Shown here in pieces: positions 10,351 through 19,780 of a DNA stretch of 64,000 bases (the first letter of the stretch is position 1; each line of letters opens with the position of its first letter). A model generated the notes under the pieces. It saw nothing but the letters and a program-made list of their open reading frames with translations, had not been told where the DNA came from and searched no databases. This stretch comes from a virus (lineage: Duplodnaviria; Caudoviricetes). The stretch is taken from the IMG/VR virus record IMGVR_UViG_3300010340_001122. One strand, written 5' to 3'. A program made the translations under genes and the position numbers.

Positions 10351-11679
10351 ATGACCTCGTCACTAGAAAAGGTTTTTTTTAATTACATTTTAAAGAATAA
10401 GAAATATTTTGAAATTGTACGGCCCTATTTTTTTAGAAACTCTGAAGTTCAATTTGTATTTGGAATAATTAGAGAATATATTATTAAAAATTCAGAAGCT
10501 CAAATACCTACACCAAGACAAATTTTGGAAATGGTATCTTTAGAAGATAAAAATGGTATAATTACAAAAGAGATTCTTAAATCTTTACTTACTGATAATT
10601 TAAAAGATTACGATGAAAAGAATTTTGTTGAACCTAAGTTTAATGCTTGGGTTTTAACAAATAGAATTAAAACAGGAACAGTAGATATTATTGATGAGAC
10701 AAGAAACTTTGATAATATAACTGATTTTGATACAGCTATAGAGGCTGCTAATAAAATAAGATCTATAGTTGATGATATGTCTTCTACTAGCTTTGTTGAT
10801 GATGATGACATGGGTTCAGATTTTGATGAAGCAGAATTACACGTTCAAGATAGTTCAAGATTCAAAGTTAAGTCTGGGTTTGAAACAATTGATCATATTT
10901 TAGGCGGAGGATGGGATATTGGTACTTTTAATTGTATAATGGCAGAGACTAATAATGGTAAATCACTTTGGATGCAAAATTTTGCTGTTAGATCTGCTGA
11001 TATGGGTTATAATGTCTTATACATAACACTTGAGATGAGTGAGCGTAAAGTATTGAAGAGATTAGGATCAATGCGTCTAAGGATACCTATTAATGACTAT
11101 GATGTTGTTAGTAAAGATACAGAACTAATTCGTAAGAAAATAAAATCACTTGGTTCTATGAAAGAAGGTGGTGATTTATTTACTAATAAAGTTGGTAAGA
11201 TTTACTCTAAATTTTGGGCAGCTGGAACGGCTACTGTAAATGATTTTGATAACTATATTCAAAAAATTGGTCAGAAAAAAGGAATTAAATTTGATTTAAT
11301 TATTGTTGATTATATCACATTAATTGCTCCGCCTAAAAATGCTGGTGATAATCTTTATACAAAAGGTAAAAATTTAGCAGAAGGTTTAAGAGCCTTAGGT
11401 GCTAAATATAAATGTCCAATCATTACCGGTGTTCAGGTTTCAAAGGATGCTTGGAATGCATCCGATATAACATTAGAAAGTGTTCCAGAAAGTAAGGCAA
11501 TCGCTGAAACAGCAGACACTTTTTTTGCTATAATAAGAACCGAAGAAATGAAACGTTTAAATATTTATAGATTTAAACTTTTAAAACAAAGAGACGGTGA
11601 CTTTTTAAAGAGCCAGATAAAATTGACTTTAAACTCTACTTATTTAACATTAGAGAATGATCAGTTTTTAGATTCTTAA
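10351..11679 (+). CDS. Replicative DnaB/T4 gp41-like helicase
   Basis: Walker A AETNNGKS, YITLEMSE, Walker B IIVDY, ESKAIAETAD, LKQRDG. Confidence 0.92.
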   Translation: MTSSLEKVFFNYILKNKKYFEIVRPYFFRNSEVQFVFGIIREYIIKNSEAQIPTPRQILEMVSLEDKNGIITKEILKSLLTDNLKDYDEKNFVEPKFNAWVLTNRIKTGTVDIIDETRNFDNITDFDTAIEAANKIRSIVDDMSSTSFVDDDDMGSDFDEAELHVQDSSRFKVKSGFETIDHILGGGWDIGTFNCIMAETNNGKSLWMQNFAVRSADMGYNVLYITLEMSERKVLKRLGSMRLRIPINDYDVVSKDTELIRKKIKSLGSMKEGGDLFTNKVGKIYSKFWAAGTATVNDFDNYIQKIGQKKGIKFDLIIVDYITLIAPPKNAGDNLYTKGKNLAEGLRALGAKYKCPIITGVQVSKDAWNASDITLESVPESKAIAETADTFFAIIRTEEMKRLNIYRFKLLKQRDGDFLKSQIKLTLNSTYLTLENDQFLDS

Positions 11680-11694
11680 AAAAATAAAATATTT

Positions 11695-12636
11695 ATGGGT
11701 AAAAAGAAAAAGTATGATGAGGATGAGGATTTGGAAAATTTTGACGAATTAGAAGATAATTCTAATTTTGAAGAAGAAGTTCCAGAAGAAGATTCAGATT
11801 CATCAAGTGATGATGTAGGGGAGTCTTTAATATCGGATGATACAGATGATATTGATATAATTATTGAAATATCAGAAGATGATGCTGAAGTAGAAGAAGA
11901 ACCACCTGCACAAGATGATGTAATATTATCTAAACATAAAGTTCAAGGAAAACACTCTTTGAAATATGACTCAATCTTTAAAGGAAAAAAAGACGAAAAG
12001 TTAGATGAGGAAGCTGGAGATCAAGCTAATATGTATTTTAATGAAAAATTCGAAGTTGATAAATCTTCATTTTTTTATGTAGAGTCATATGATAATGAGT
12101 TTTATATCAGACAAAAAAATGTAAAAGAAAAAGTTTATAATGTGTTGTTAGCTCATACAAGTATAAATTTTTTAAATAATCGTAGAAAACCATCAAAGTC
12201 TGATTTTAATCATTATTACCATTTGTTAAAAGTTAATTTAGAAGATGACGGCTTTACAAATATTGAATTATTTAATGAGTTATCTGTCTATTTTTCCGAT
12301 AATTTATTTAATATGTTTAAATTACTTGATAACAAATGGAGAAATTTAATTATAATTGAATTACAGGATCATATTGGTAAGAATACAAATTCTAAAGAGA
12401 TAACAAATAGAAATATTTATGTTGGTACTGAATTGGAATTTTCACATCTAGATCCTCTAGGTAAAGAAAAAAACTTTACTGGTGTAGTGGTGGAGACCGA
12501 TTATGATGAATCAATATTTAAGATAGACTCTTATGAAAATATTTATGAAATTCATATTACATCTGTTACAAAAATACTAAATAATACAAAATTTAAGTAT
12601 AATTTAAATAAATTAAACAATATAGATTTTCTTTAA
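11695..12636 (+). CDS. Hypothetical protein with very acidic N-terminus
   Basis: 313-aa ORF; D/E-rich first 75 aa. Confidence 0.7.
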   Translation: MGKKKKYDEDEDLENFDELEDNSNFEEEVPEEDSDSSSDDVGESLISDDTDDIDIIIEISEDDAEVEEEPPAQDDVILSKHKVQGKHSLKYDSIFKGKKDEKLDEEAGDQANMYFNEKFEVDKSSFFYVESYDNEFYIRQKNVKEKVYNVLLAHTSINFLNNRRKPSKSDFNHYYHLLKVNLEDDGFTNIELFNELSVYFSDNLFNMFKLLDNKWRNLIIIELQDHIGKNTNSKEITNRNIYVGTELEFSHLDPLGKEKNFTGVVVETDYDESIFKIDSYENIYEIHITSVTKILNNTKFKYNLNKLNNIDFL

Positions 12637-12755
12637 AAAACCTTAAAAAGATATTTTAAACATAAAATTATAACAATATATAAATTTCTAAAAAATAAAA
12701 CATACTAATATGCAAGAAATGATATCGAAAGATGTTAAGAGATCCACTCGTAGTA

Positions 12756-14378
12756 ATGAGGTTGAATGTTAAGAAAAGAAATGGCCAAACAGAAGTATTT
12801 GAGGCCGAAAAAATTAATAAGGTTTTAATTTGGGCTACATCTGGTATAAGTGGAGTTTCCGCATCTGACGTGGCGATGAACTCCCGACTACAATTTTATC
12901 CAGGTATAAAAACCTCTGAAATACACAAAGTTTTGATTCAATCAGCTGTTGATTTGATTTCAGATAAAAATCCAAACTATCAATATGTTGCTTCGAACTT
13001 ATTGAATTATTTAGTTCGTAAAGAAGTTTTTGAAACGAAGAAAGAATTACCATCTCTTTTAGAATGTATCAACCGAAACATTAAAGTAGATTTATATGAT
13101 TCATTGATATTGTCAAAATATAATAAAGAAGAAATTTCTAAATGTGATTCATATATAAAACATGAACGAGATTATGATTTGACATATGCTGGTCTTCAAC
13201 AATTGATTGATAAATATCTTGTTAAAGATAGAAGTACTGGTAAATCATATGAAACACCACAATTTTGCTTTATGATGATTGCGATGACTGTTTTTGCAGA
13301 CTATGATAAATCTACAAGAATTGAATTTGTAAAAGAATTGTATGATATGATTTCTGAACATAAGATTTCTCTACCAACACCGATTATGGCTGGTATTAGA
13401 ACTCCTAATCGTCAATTTTCAAGTTGTACTTTAATTGAGGTTGGTGATTCACTAGACTCAATATTTCATGGTAATGTTGCAATTGGTCAGTATGTTGCTA
13501 AAAGAGCTGGTATTGGTATTAATGCTGGTCAAATTAGAGCACTTGGTTCTAAAGTTCGTAACGGTGAAGTAGTTCACACAGGTGTTATTCCTTTCTTCAA
13601 AATGTTTCAATCAACTCTACACTCTTGTTCTCAAGGAGGTATTCGTAAAGGATCAGCAACTCTTTATTTCCCTTGGTGGCATAAAGAGATTGAAGATGTT
13701 CTTGTATTGAAAAATAACAAAGGTACTGATGATAATCGTGTAAGACACATGGATTATGGTATTCAGTTTGAGAAAACATTCTATAATCGATTCATTTCAA
13801 ACGGTGATATTGCACTTTTCTCCCCTTCTGATGTACCAGGTCTTTATGATGTTTTTGGACTTCCAGAATTTGAAGAAATGTATTTGAAATACGAATCTGA
13901 TAAAAAGATTCCTAAGAAATTTGTTAAGGCGAGGGAGTTGATGAATTCTTTTGCTCAAGAAAGAATAGGTACTGGACGTATGTATGTTATGAATATCGAT
14001 AATGTTAATACAAATTCTCCTTTTATTGAAAGATTGAAAATGTCTAATCTTTGTTTAGATATAGAGACATCATTTGTAAATTCTGTTGAAATAGATGGTG
14101 TTTTATATGAGAAAATGCAGTTATCTGAACTAATTGAAATATTCAATAGTGGTAAAAACATAAAAGTCCTATCTAAGAATTTATATAATGGTGAGATGGA
14201 ATTCAAACAGGTTGAGAAGGCATGGATAACTAAAGAGGATGCTGATGTTATGGAAATAGAAGATGTTGATACAGGATTTAAAATAATTTGTACACCAGAC
14301 CACTTAATTTTTACAAAAAATAGAGGATGGATTGAGGCACAAAATTTAGATGAGAATGATATTTTAGATTTAATTTAA
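12756..14378 (+). CDS. nrdA: Class Ia ribonucleotide reductase alpha, N-terminal fragment fused to N-intein
   Basis: ATP-cone (VKKRNG), ETPQF, SLPTP, QFSSC, SCSQGGIRKG, KMSNL then intein CLD...TPDH; start at ATG 12756 or 12732. Confidence 0.95.
   Translation: MRLNVKKRNGQTEVFEAEKINKVLIWATSGISGVSASDVAMNSRLQFYPGIKTSEIHKVLIQSAVDLISDKNPNYQYVASNLLNYLVRKEVFETKKELPSLLECINRNIKVDLYDSLILSKYNKEEISKCDSYIKHERDYDLTYAGLQQLIDKYLVKDRSTGKSYETPQFCFMMIAMTVFADYDKSTRIEFVKELYDMISEHKISLPTPIMAGIRTPNRQFSSCTLIEVGDSLDSIFHGNVAIGQYVAKRAGIGINAGQIRALGSKVRNGEVVHTGVIPFFKMFQSTLHSCSQGGIRKGSATLYFPWWHKEIEDVLVLKNNKGTDDNRVRHMDYGIQFEKTFYNRFISNGDIALFSPSDVPGLYDVFGLPEFEEMYLKYESDKKIPKKFVKARELMNSFAQERIGTGRMYVMNIDNVNTNSPFIERLKMSNLCLDIETSFVNSVEIDGVLYEKMQLSELIEIFNSGKNIKVLSKNLYNGEMEFKQVEKAWITKEDADVMEIEDVDTGFKIICTPDHLIFTKNRGWIEAQNLDENDILDLI
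14052..14375 (+). mobile_element. Split intein, N-terminal half (108 aa)
   Basis: Begins at Cys (CLDIETS) right after SNL; block B CTPDH; RGWIEAQNLDEND; then stop. Confidence 0.93.
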
Positions 14379-14426
14379 AAGGTAGGTAGTATTATTTAAT
14401 ATATAATTGAAATTATACTACCGACT

Positions 14427-15182
14427 ATGAAAAAAGAATACAAAGTCTATAAGATAGAAAATATTATGAATAGTAAAGTTTATATAGGATATACATCATT
14501 AAGTATCAATGAAAGACTACATAAGCACTATACTAATGCTTTATATGGTACAAAATCTAAATTATATGAATCTATAAGAAAAAATGGAATTTCAAATTTT
14601 AAACTCTCTCAATTATTTTCATCAGATTCTAAGGAAGAAGCATTAAAAATGGAAATATTTTTTATTGAGAAATATGATTCATTCAAAAGTGGATATAACA
14701 TGACTTTAGGAGGTGACGGTGGTGACTGTACATTGTATATGAATCATGATCAACTTAAAGATTATAGGGAGAAATTAAGTTCATGTAATGGTGGATATAA
14801 CAATAATACTTTTTCTGGATATACTGATGATGAAATAGTTGACTTTGGAGTAAAGTGTTATCTTGATAATAACAATTGGGTACAATCACATTGGTTAGAA
14901 AATTATTGTTCTAAATTTAATATACCAAAATCTTATTCAAAATTTAGATTTAATGGTAAAGGATGGCAAGGACTAAAGATTTTAATTTTAAATAAATTGA
15001 ATGAAATGGGATATGATGTTAAGGATTTAAAATATAAAAAGACTGATGAACACAAAAATAAATTAGCTTCTCTTTATAAGGGAAAGAAATGGTATCATAA
15101 TGAAGAACTTAAAATAAATAAACAAATATTCAAAGAGGAAGTGGATAATAGTTGGCTTCCTGGAAGAAAAAAATATAATTAA
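14427..15182 (+). CDS. GIY-YIG homing endonuclease between the two nrdA halves
   Basis: KVYKIEN..NSKVYIGYT, R...H, E.FFI, GYNMTLGGDG. Confidence 0.9.
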   Translation: MKKEYKVYKIENIMNSKVYIGYTSLSINERLHKHYTNALYGTKSKLYESIRKNGISNFKLSQLFSSDSKEEALKMEIFFIEKYDSFKSGYNMTLGGDGGDCTLYMNHDQLKDYREKLSSCNGGYNNNTFSGYTDDEIVDFGVKCYLDNNNWVQSHWLENYCSKFNIPKSYSKFRFNGKGWQGLKILILNKLNEMGYDVKDLKYKKTDEHKNKLASLYKGKKWYHNEELKINKQIFKEEVDNSWLPGRKKYN

Positions 15183-15184
15183 AT

Positions 15185-15283
15185 ATGTTAAAAATAAAAA
15201 GAATATCTCAGAAGAAGAATGTAGGAGACTTAACTGTAAAAGACAACCACAACTTTTATGCCAATAATATATTGGTTCATAAC
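15185..15283 (+). mobile_element. Split intein, C-terminal half (33 aa)
   Basis: VGDLTVKDNHNFYANNILVHN|C, canonical blocks F and G. Confidence 0.95.
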
Positions 15284-16261
15284 TGCGTAGAAATTGTTTT
15301 ACCAACATCACCGATTGAAAATATCTATGATATTGATAATAAAAAAGAAACTGAACAATATTCAGATGCTGAAATTGCACTTTGTACATTAGCAGCATTT
15401 AACTTAGGGAATATTAAATCTTGGACTGAACTTCATAAAGTTGCCGAATATATTGTTAGAATACTAGAATATGTAATTGAAAATCAAGATTATCCAATTA
15501 ATGCGGCTAAAAAGATGTTAAAGCGTCGTTCGGTTGGTGTTGGTGTTACAAATTTTGCATACTGGTTAGCTAAACAAGGAGTTAAATATTCTGATAAAGA
15601 AGCACTTTTCTATGTTGATGAGTTATTTGAAAATATTCAATATTCTTTATTGAAAGCTTCAAATAAATTAGCACAAGAATTTGGAAAATGTGAATGGTAT
15701 GATAAAACTACATATTCTCAGGGTATTTTACCAATTGATCGTTATAATAAAAATGTTGATGAATTAGTTAAAAGAGATTATTCATGTGATTGGGACACGT
15801 TAAGAAAAGATATTGAAGAATTTGGATTAAGGAATTCTGTATTGACAGCAATTATGCCAGCTGAATCATCAGCAGTTGTTCAAAATGCAACCAATGGTAT
15901 TGAGCCTATTCGTTCTCTTGTTATCACTAAGAAGTCTAAATCAGGACTTGTTAAACAAGTGGCACCAGAGTGTATTAAATTGAAAAATAAATATGAAATG
16001 GCATTTGAAATGCCGGATAATCGTGGATATACTAATATTTGTGCAGTAATTCAAAAATGGATTGACCAATCAATTTCAGCAAATCATTATTATCAATATT
16101 CTTCTGATGGTATTTCAATTGGTGGTGTTATTAAAGATGTATTATACGCATATAAATATGGATTAAAAACACTTTATTATGCTAATACAGATGATAAAAA
16201 ATCAGATGATTTAGATTCTATGGGAATGGATGGATGTGAATCTGGATCCTGCACATTGTGA
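15185..16261 (+). CDS. nrdA: C-intein fused to ribonucleotide reductase alpha C-terminal fragment
   Basis: 33-aa C-intein ending VHN, then CVEI (catalytic Cys/Glu), ALCTL, MPAESS, TNGIEP, IDQSIS, KTLYY, C-terminal CESGSC. Confidence 0.95.
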   Translation: MLKIKRISQKKNVGDLTVKDNHNFYANNILVHNCVEIVLPTSPIENIYDIDNKKETEQYSDAEIALCTLAAFNLGNIKSWTELHKVAEYIVRILEYVIENQDYPINAAKKMLKRRSVGVGVTNFAYWLAKQGVKYSDKEALFYVDELFENIQYSLLKASNKLAQEFGKCEWYDKTTYSQGILPIDRYNKNVDELVKRDYSCDWDTLRKDIEEFGLRNSVLTAIMPAESSAVVQNATNGIEPIRSLVITKKSKSGLVKQVAPECIKLKNKYEMAFEMPDNRGYTNICAVIQKWIDQSISANHYYQYSSDGISIGGVIKDVLYAYKYGLKTLYYANTDDKKSDDLDSMGMDGCESGSCTL

Positions 16262-16294
16262 TATAGGGACTTGTTGTTGTTTAATATATAATTA

Positions 16295-17518
16295 ATGATA
16301 TTAAACAATATAGAAGTAAATTCTAGAAAAAATTTACTTAGATTAGTAAAAAAAATCGATATTCAAACTTTAGAAGATATAGAGGATGATTTTGAAAAGT
16401 GGTTTGAATTAAAAATAACAGATAGTGGTAAGATATTAATTCTTAATATAATAAAAGTATATAAGAGTAATAGAATACTATCTATCTGTTTATTTTTTAA
16501 AACAAATAATATTCTTGATTTTTCAGAAGAAAGATTTAAAAAATATATGAATTATATTGAACTTCATCCTAAAGATAAAGTATCCAAAGATTATTATAAA
16601 CTTAGATATGGGAAAGAATATGAAATTTACTACAATAATAGGATTAAAAATGGAGCTCTAAGCAAGGAAAAATTTATTAGTAAGTATGGTGATATTAATG
16701 GTATTGTACGGTATGATTTGTGGAAAGAATCACAAAAAAAATCATCAAAGAGAACAATTGGATATTGGTTAAATATTTATGAAAATTTAGATGTGGCAAA
16801 GAAAAAATTAAAAGAATATCAGTCCAATCACACTAAGAAACATTTAAGTGGAAAATCAGAAGAATATATAAAAGAGTATAATCAAAAGAACTCACCTTGG
16901 AGAGTTGAATATTATTTGAATAGAGGATATACTGAAAAAGAAGCTAAAGAGATTATATCTAAGATAAAAAAAGAGTCTTCGATGTTTTGTTCAGAATATT
17001 ATCAAAAGCTAGGACATACAATTGAAGAATCTAATGATTTAAGTTATGAGTATTGGAAAGAACATTGTTATAAAAACAATTCTAATGTTTCTAAAGAATC
17101 ATTGAAAATATTTTCAGTTATTTACGAAAGAATAAAAGACTTGACTAATATATGTGTTTATTATGGTGATCCTAAAATTGATAAGAAAGAGTATTTTCTA
17201 TATGATAAGAGTGAAAAAAGATATTACTTTTATGACTTTACAATACTAAAGGATGATTTAAAGATTATTATAGAATATAATGGTTCCAAATTTCATCCAA
17301 GAAAGTATAGTCTAACAGAAGAAGAATGGAAAAACTGGAGATGTTTATTTAACGAGGATATTGATGCTGATACTAAGTATAAATATGATTGTAAAAAGAG
17401 AGATTTGGCCTTGGATAATGGATTTCAATATTTAGAGATCTGGTCTGATGATGTTTTTGATTCTAATATAGAAAAATCAATTGATTTCATTCTACAATCA
17501 CTTCAAAATGTGGTTTAA
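16295..17518 (+). CDS. Putative Vsr/PD-(D/E)XK-like free-standing homing endonuclease
   Basis: C-terminal YFYDF...IIIEYNG..FHP...D..K..LA...GF..LEIW; repeated Y...GYT.EEA and KYG motifs. Confidence 0.75.
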   Translation: MILNNIEVNSRKNLLRLVKKIDIQTLEDIEDDFEKWFELKITDSGKILILNIIKVYKSNRILSICLFFKTNNILDFSEERFKKYMNYIELHPKDKVSKDYYKLRYGKEYEIYYNNRIKNGALSKEKFISKYGDINGIVRYDLWKESQKKSSKRTIGYWLNIYENLDVAKKKLKEYQSNHTKKHLSGKSEEYIKEYNQKNSPWRVEYYLNRGYTEKEAKEIISKIKKESSMFCSEYYQKLGHTIEESNDLSYEYWKEHCYKNNSNVSKESLKIFSVIYERIKDLTNICVYYGDPKIDKKEYFLYDKSEKRYYFYDFTILKDDLKIIIEYNGSKFHPRKYSLTEEEWKNWRCLFNEDIDADTKYKYDCKKRDLALDNGFQYLEIWSDDVFDSNIEKSIDFILQSLQNVV

Positions 17519-18023
17519 ATTTGTTCCATACTTCAATTATTGGATCTATATCAATACCTGTTTTAAAAATTATACAATTTGTACATACGGATCCGTCCCC
17601 TGAGTAAAGTGGTTGATTAAAGTATCTAATTTGATATCCATCTATTGATTTTAAATATTGATAATTTATTCTAGATCTTTTATTTAGTTTATCAATCGGA
17701 CAATCTTCATTCTCCATAAGTGTGTGCATTATTATCAAAACTTCAACATTTTCCTCTTTTAAAAAGTTTTCGGTAATTTCAGTGACCGTTGAGAGTATGT
17801 TATATGGATTTTTATTTGACTGGTGGAATCCGATTTCTCTGTTAGTTTTTAAATCATATTGTCTAGACCAACAAGATTTATATTCTTTGGTAAAAGATGG
17901 AATGAAATCGACTTTATAAGTTAATTCATCAGTTGTAAATTCATAACTATTGTCACTGATTTTATTAAAGGGATTTTTTCTATTTGTTAGTTCTATTTCT
18001 TCAAAGTATTTCAAGTGTCTCAT
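17487..18023 (-). CDS. Hypothetical protein, MRHLKYFEE family; paralog of 49600..50070
   Basis: Shared NP..I.STV and R......YL motifs. Confidence 0.7.
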   Translation of the reverse strand: MRHLKYFEEIELTNRKNPFNKISDNSYEFTTDELTYKVDFIPSFTKEYKSCWSRQYDLKTNREIGFHQSNKNPYNILSTVTEITENFLKEENVEVLIIMHTLMENEDCPIDKLNKRSRINYQYLKSIDGYQIRYFNQPLYSGDGSVCTNCIIFKTGIDIDPIIEVWNKFKPHFEVIVE

Positions 18024-18066
18024 GTTTTATATATAAACAATTAATAGTAGAATTTATATAAATATC

Positions 18067-18315
18067 ATGATAAATTGGATTAAAAACTTATTTAAAAAGA
18101 AAGAGGAATTAATTATTCCTTTCTCTCTTCCAAATAATTGGACAATTAGTAGTACTAACAATAGAGTCGTATATAAAATACTTTTTGGCAAATTGTCTAA
18201 AGAAGAAGCTGAGAAACAATTAAAACAACTTATTTCAAATTATCAAACTCCACTAACTAAATCTGAAAAAATTGAAAGGATTTTAAACAGAATACAACCT
18301 AAAGAGGAAAATTAA
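18067..18315 (+). CDS. Small hypothetical protein
   Basis: 82-aa ORF filling the gap before nrdB. Confidence 0.55.
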   Translation: MINWIKNLFKKKEELIIPFSLPNNWTISSTNNRVVYKILFGKLSKEEAEKQLKQLISNYQTPLTKSEKIERILNRIQPKEEN

Positions 18316-18343
18316 TATAATAAAGACAATAAAATTTAAAAAC

Positions 18344-19420
18344 ATGAAATCAATAATTAATTTAAATACAGATTTAGACTTTACAAAAGTACCGCTATTC
18401 TTCGGTGGCGATCTATCATTACAAAGATATGATAAATTTAGATATGAGAAGATTTTTAATATGTTTAAACAACATATTTCTTACTTTTGGAGACCAGAAG
18501 AAATTAACTTATCAAAAGATAAAGCAGATTTTCAATCATTAACGGAACATGAGAAGTTCATTTTTACAAAAAACTTAGGATATCAAATTCTTTTAGACTC
18601 AGTTCAAAGTCGTGGTATTTCTAATCTATTATCAGATTGTTCAAATCAAGAAGTAGAATTATTTTCAAAGACTTGGGAATTTTTTGAAACACTGCACTCT
18701 TACTCCTACACATATATTATTAAAAATATTTACTCAAATCCTAGTGAAGTTTTTGATAATATTTTAAAAGATGAGGAAATTGTTAAGAGAACAACCTCAG
18801 TGACTTATTACTATGATGATTTGATTAACTCACTTGATAGTGATACTGAACATGATAGAAAAAAGAAGTTATATTTAACACTTGTTTCTATTAATATTCT
18901 TGAAGGTATTAGATTCTATGTTTCATTTGCTTGTTCATACTGCTTTGCCCAGAATAAGAAAATGGAAGGAAATGCTAAGATTATCTCATTAATCAATCGT
19001 GACGAAAATTTACATATGGGATTCACATCATTCTTATTAAAAACTTTAAAAGAAGAGTGGTCGGAAGGTTTTCAACAAATTGCAACTGAATGTGAGCCAT
19101 TAGTTATTAAGATGTATGAGGATGCTGCTAAGGAGGAACTAGAATGGGCTGAATATCTATTCAAAGATGGTTCAATGATTGGGTTAAATGCTGAGATTTT
19201 AACTCAATATATGAAGTGGTTAACAAATAATCGTATGAAAATTATTGGTTTAGATCCTCTTTTCGATAAAGTTCAGAATCCAATTTCTTGGATTAATAAC
19301 TGGACATCTGGTTCTACATCAGTTCAAAATGCTCCTCAAGAAACTGAGATTGAAACTTATGTGGTTGGTGCTTATAAGCAAGATGTTGATGAGGAAAGTT
19401 ATGATGAATTTGATTTTTAA
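18344..19420 (+). CDS. nrdB: Class Ia ribonucleotide reductase beta subunit
   Basis: FWRPEE, LDSVQ, ETLHSYSY, LEGIRFYVSF, RDENLH, APQETEI..Y. Confidence 0.97.
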   Translation: MKSIINLNTDLDFTKVPLFFGGDLSLQRYDKFRYEKIFNMFKQHISYFWRPEEINLSKDKADFQSLTEHEKFIFTKNLGYQILLDSVQSRGISNLLSDCSNQEVELFSKTWEFFETLHSYSYTYIIKNIYSNPSEVFDNILKDEEIVKRTTSVTYYYDDLINSLDSDTEHDRKKKLYLTLVSINILEGIRFYVSFACSYCFAQNKKMEGNAKIISLINRDENLHMGFTSFLLKTLKEEWSEGFQQIATECEPLVIKMYEDAAKEELEWAEYLFKDGSMIGLNAEILTQYMKWLTNNRMKIIGLDPLFDKVQNPISWINNWTSGSTSVQNAPQETEIETYVVGAYKQDVDEESYDEFDF

Positions 19421-19422
19421 TA

Positions 19423-19770
19423 ATGAATAAACATGAATTACATGAATTAACTGTGTATTTTGATTATCTTAATACTCACAAAATAGAGATTTTTAATTCT
19501 CTTCACAAATTAAAAAATAATAGAGAATTGAAACTCTCTAATTTATTAAATGGAGATGATTTATTACCTGAGGTAATATGCGAAATTGATAATTTAATTT
19601 TAAATTTAAATAAAATTTCAGAAAAAAATGATGAATTAATTAAAAATTCTGATGATTTAAATTTTATAAAAGATTGGTTAGAGTTTTATGCAAAACGACT
19701 TGATGATGTTATTTTATATATCGAGTATCTTGATGAAACAATAAACCGACAAAAGTATTGGAAAATTTAA
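19423..19770 (+). CDS. Hypothetical helical protein
   Basis: 115-aa ORF immediately after nrdB. Confidence 0.6.
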   Translation: MNKHELHELTVYFDYLNTHKIEIFNSLHKLKNNRELKLSNLLNGDDLLPEVICEIDNLILNLNKISEKNDELIKNSDDLNFIKDWLEFYAKRLDDVILYIEYLDETINRQKYWKI

Positions 19771-19780
19771 TAAATACATA

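Noticed and set aside
14379-15184. Group I intron in nrdA
   Set aside because: Only 48 and 2 nt flank the endonuclease ORF, leaving no room for a ribozyme core; intein motifs explain the split
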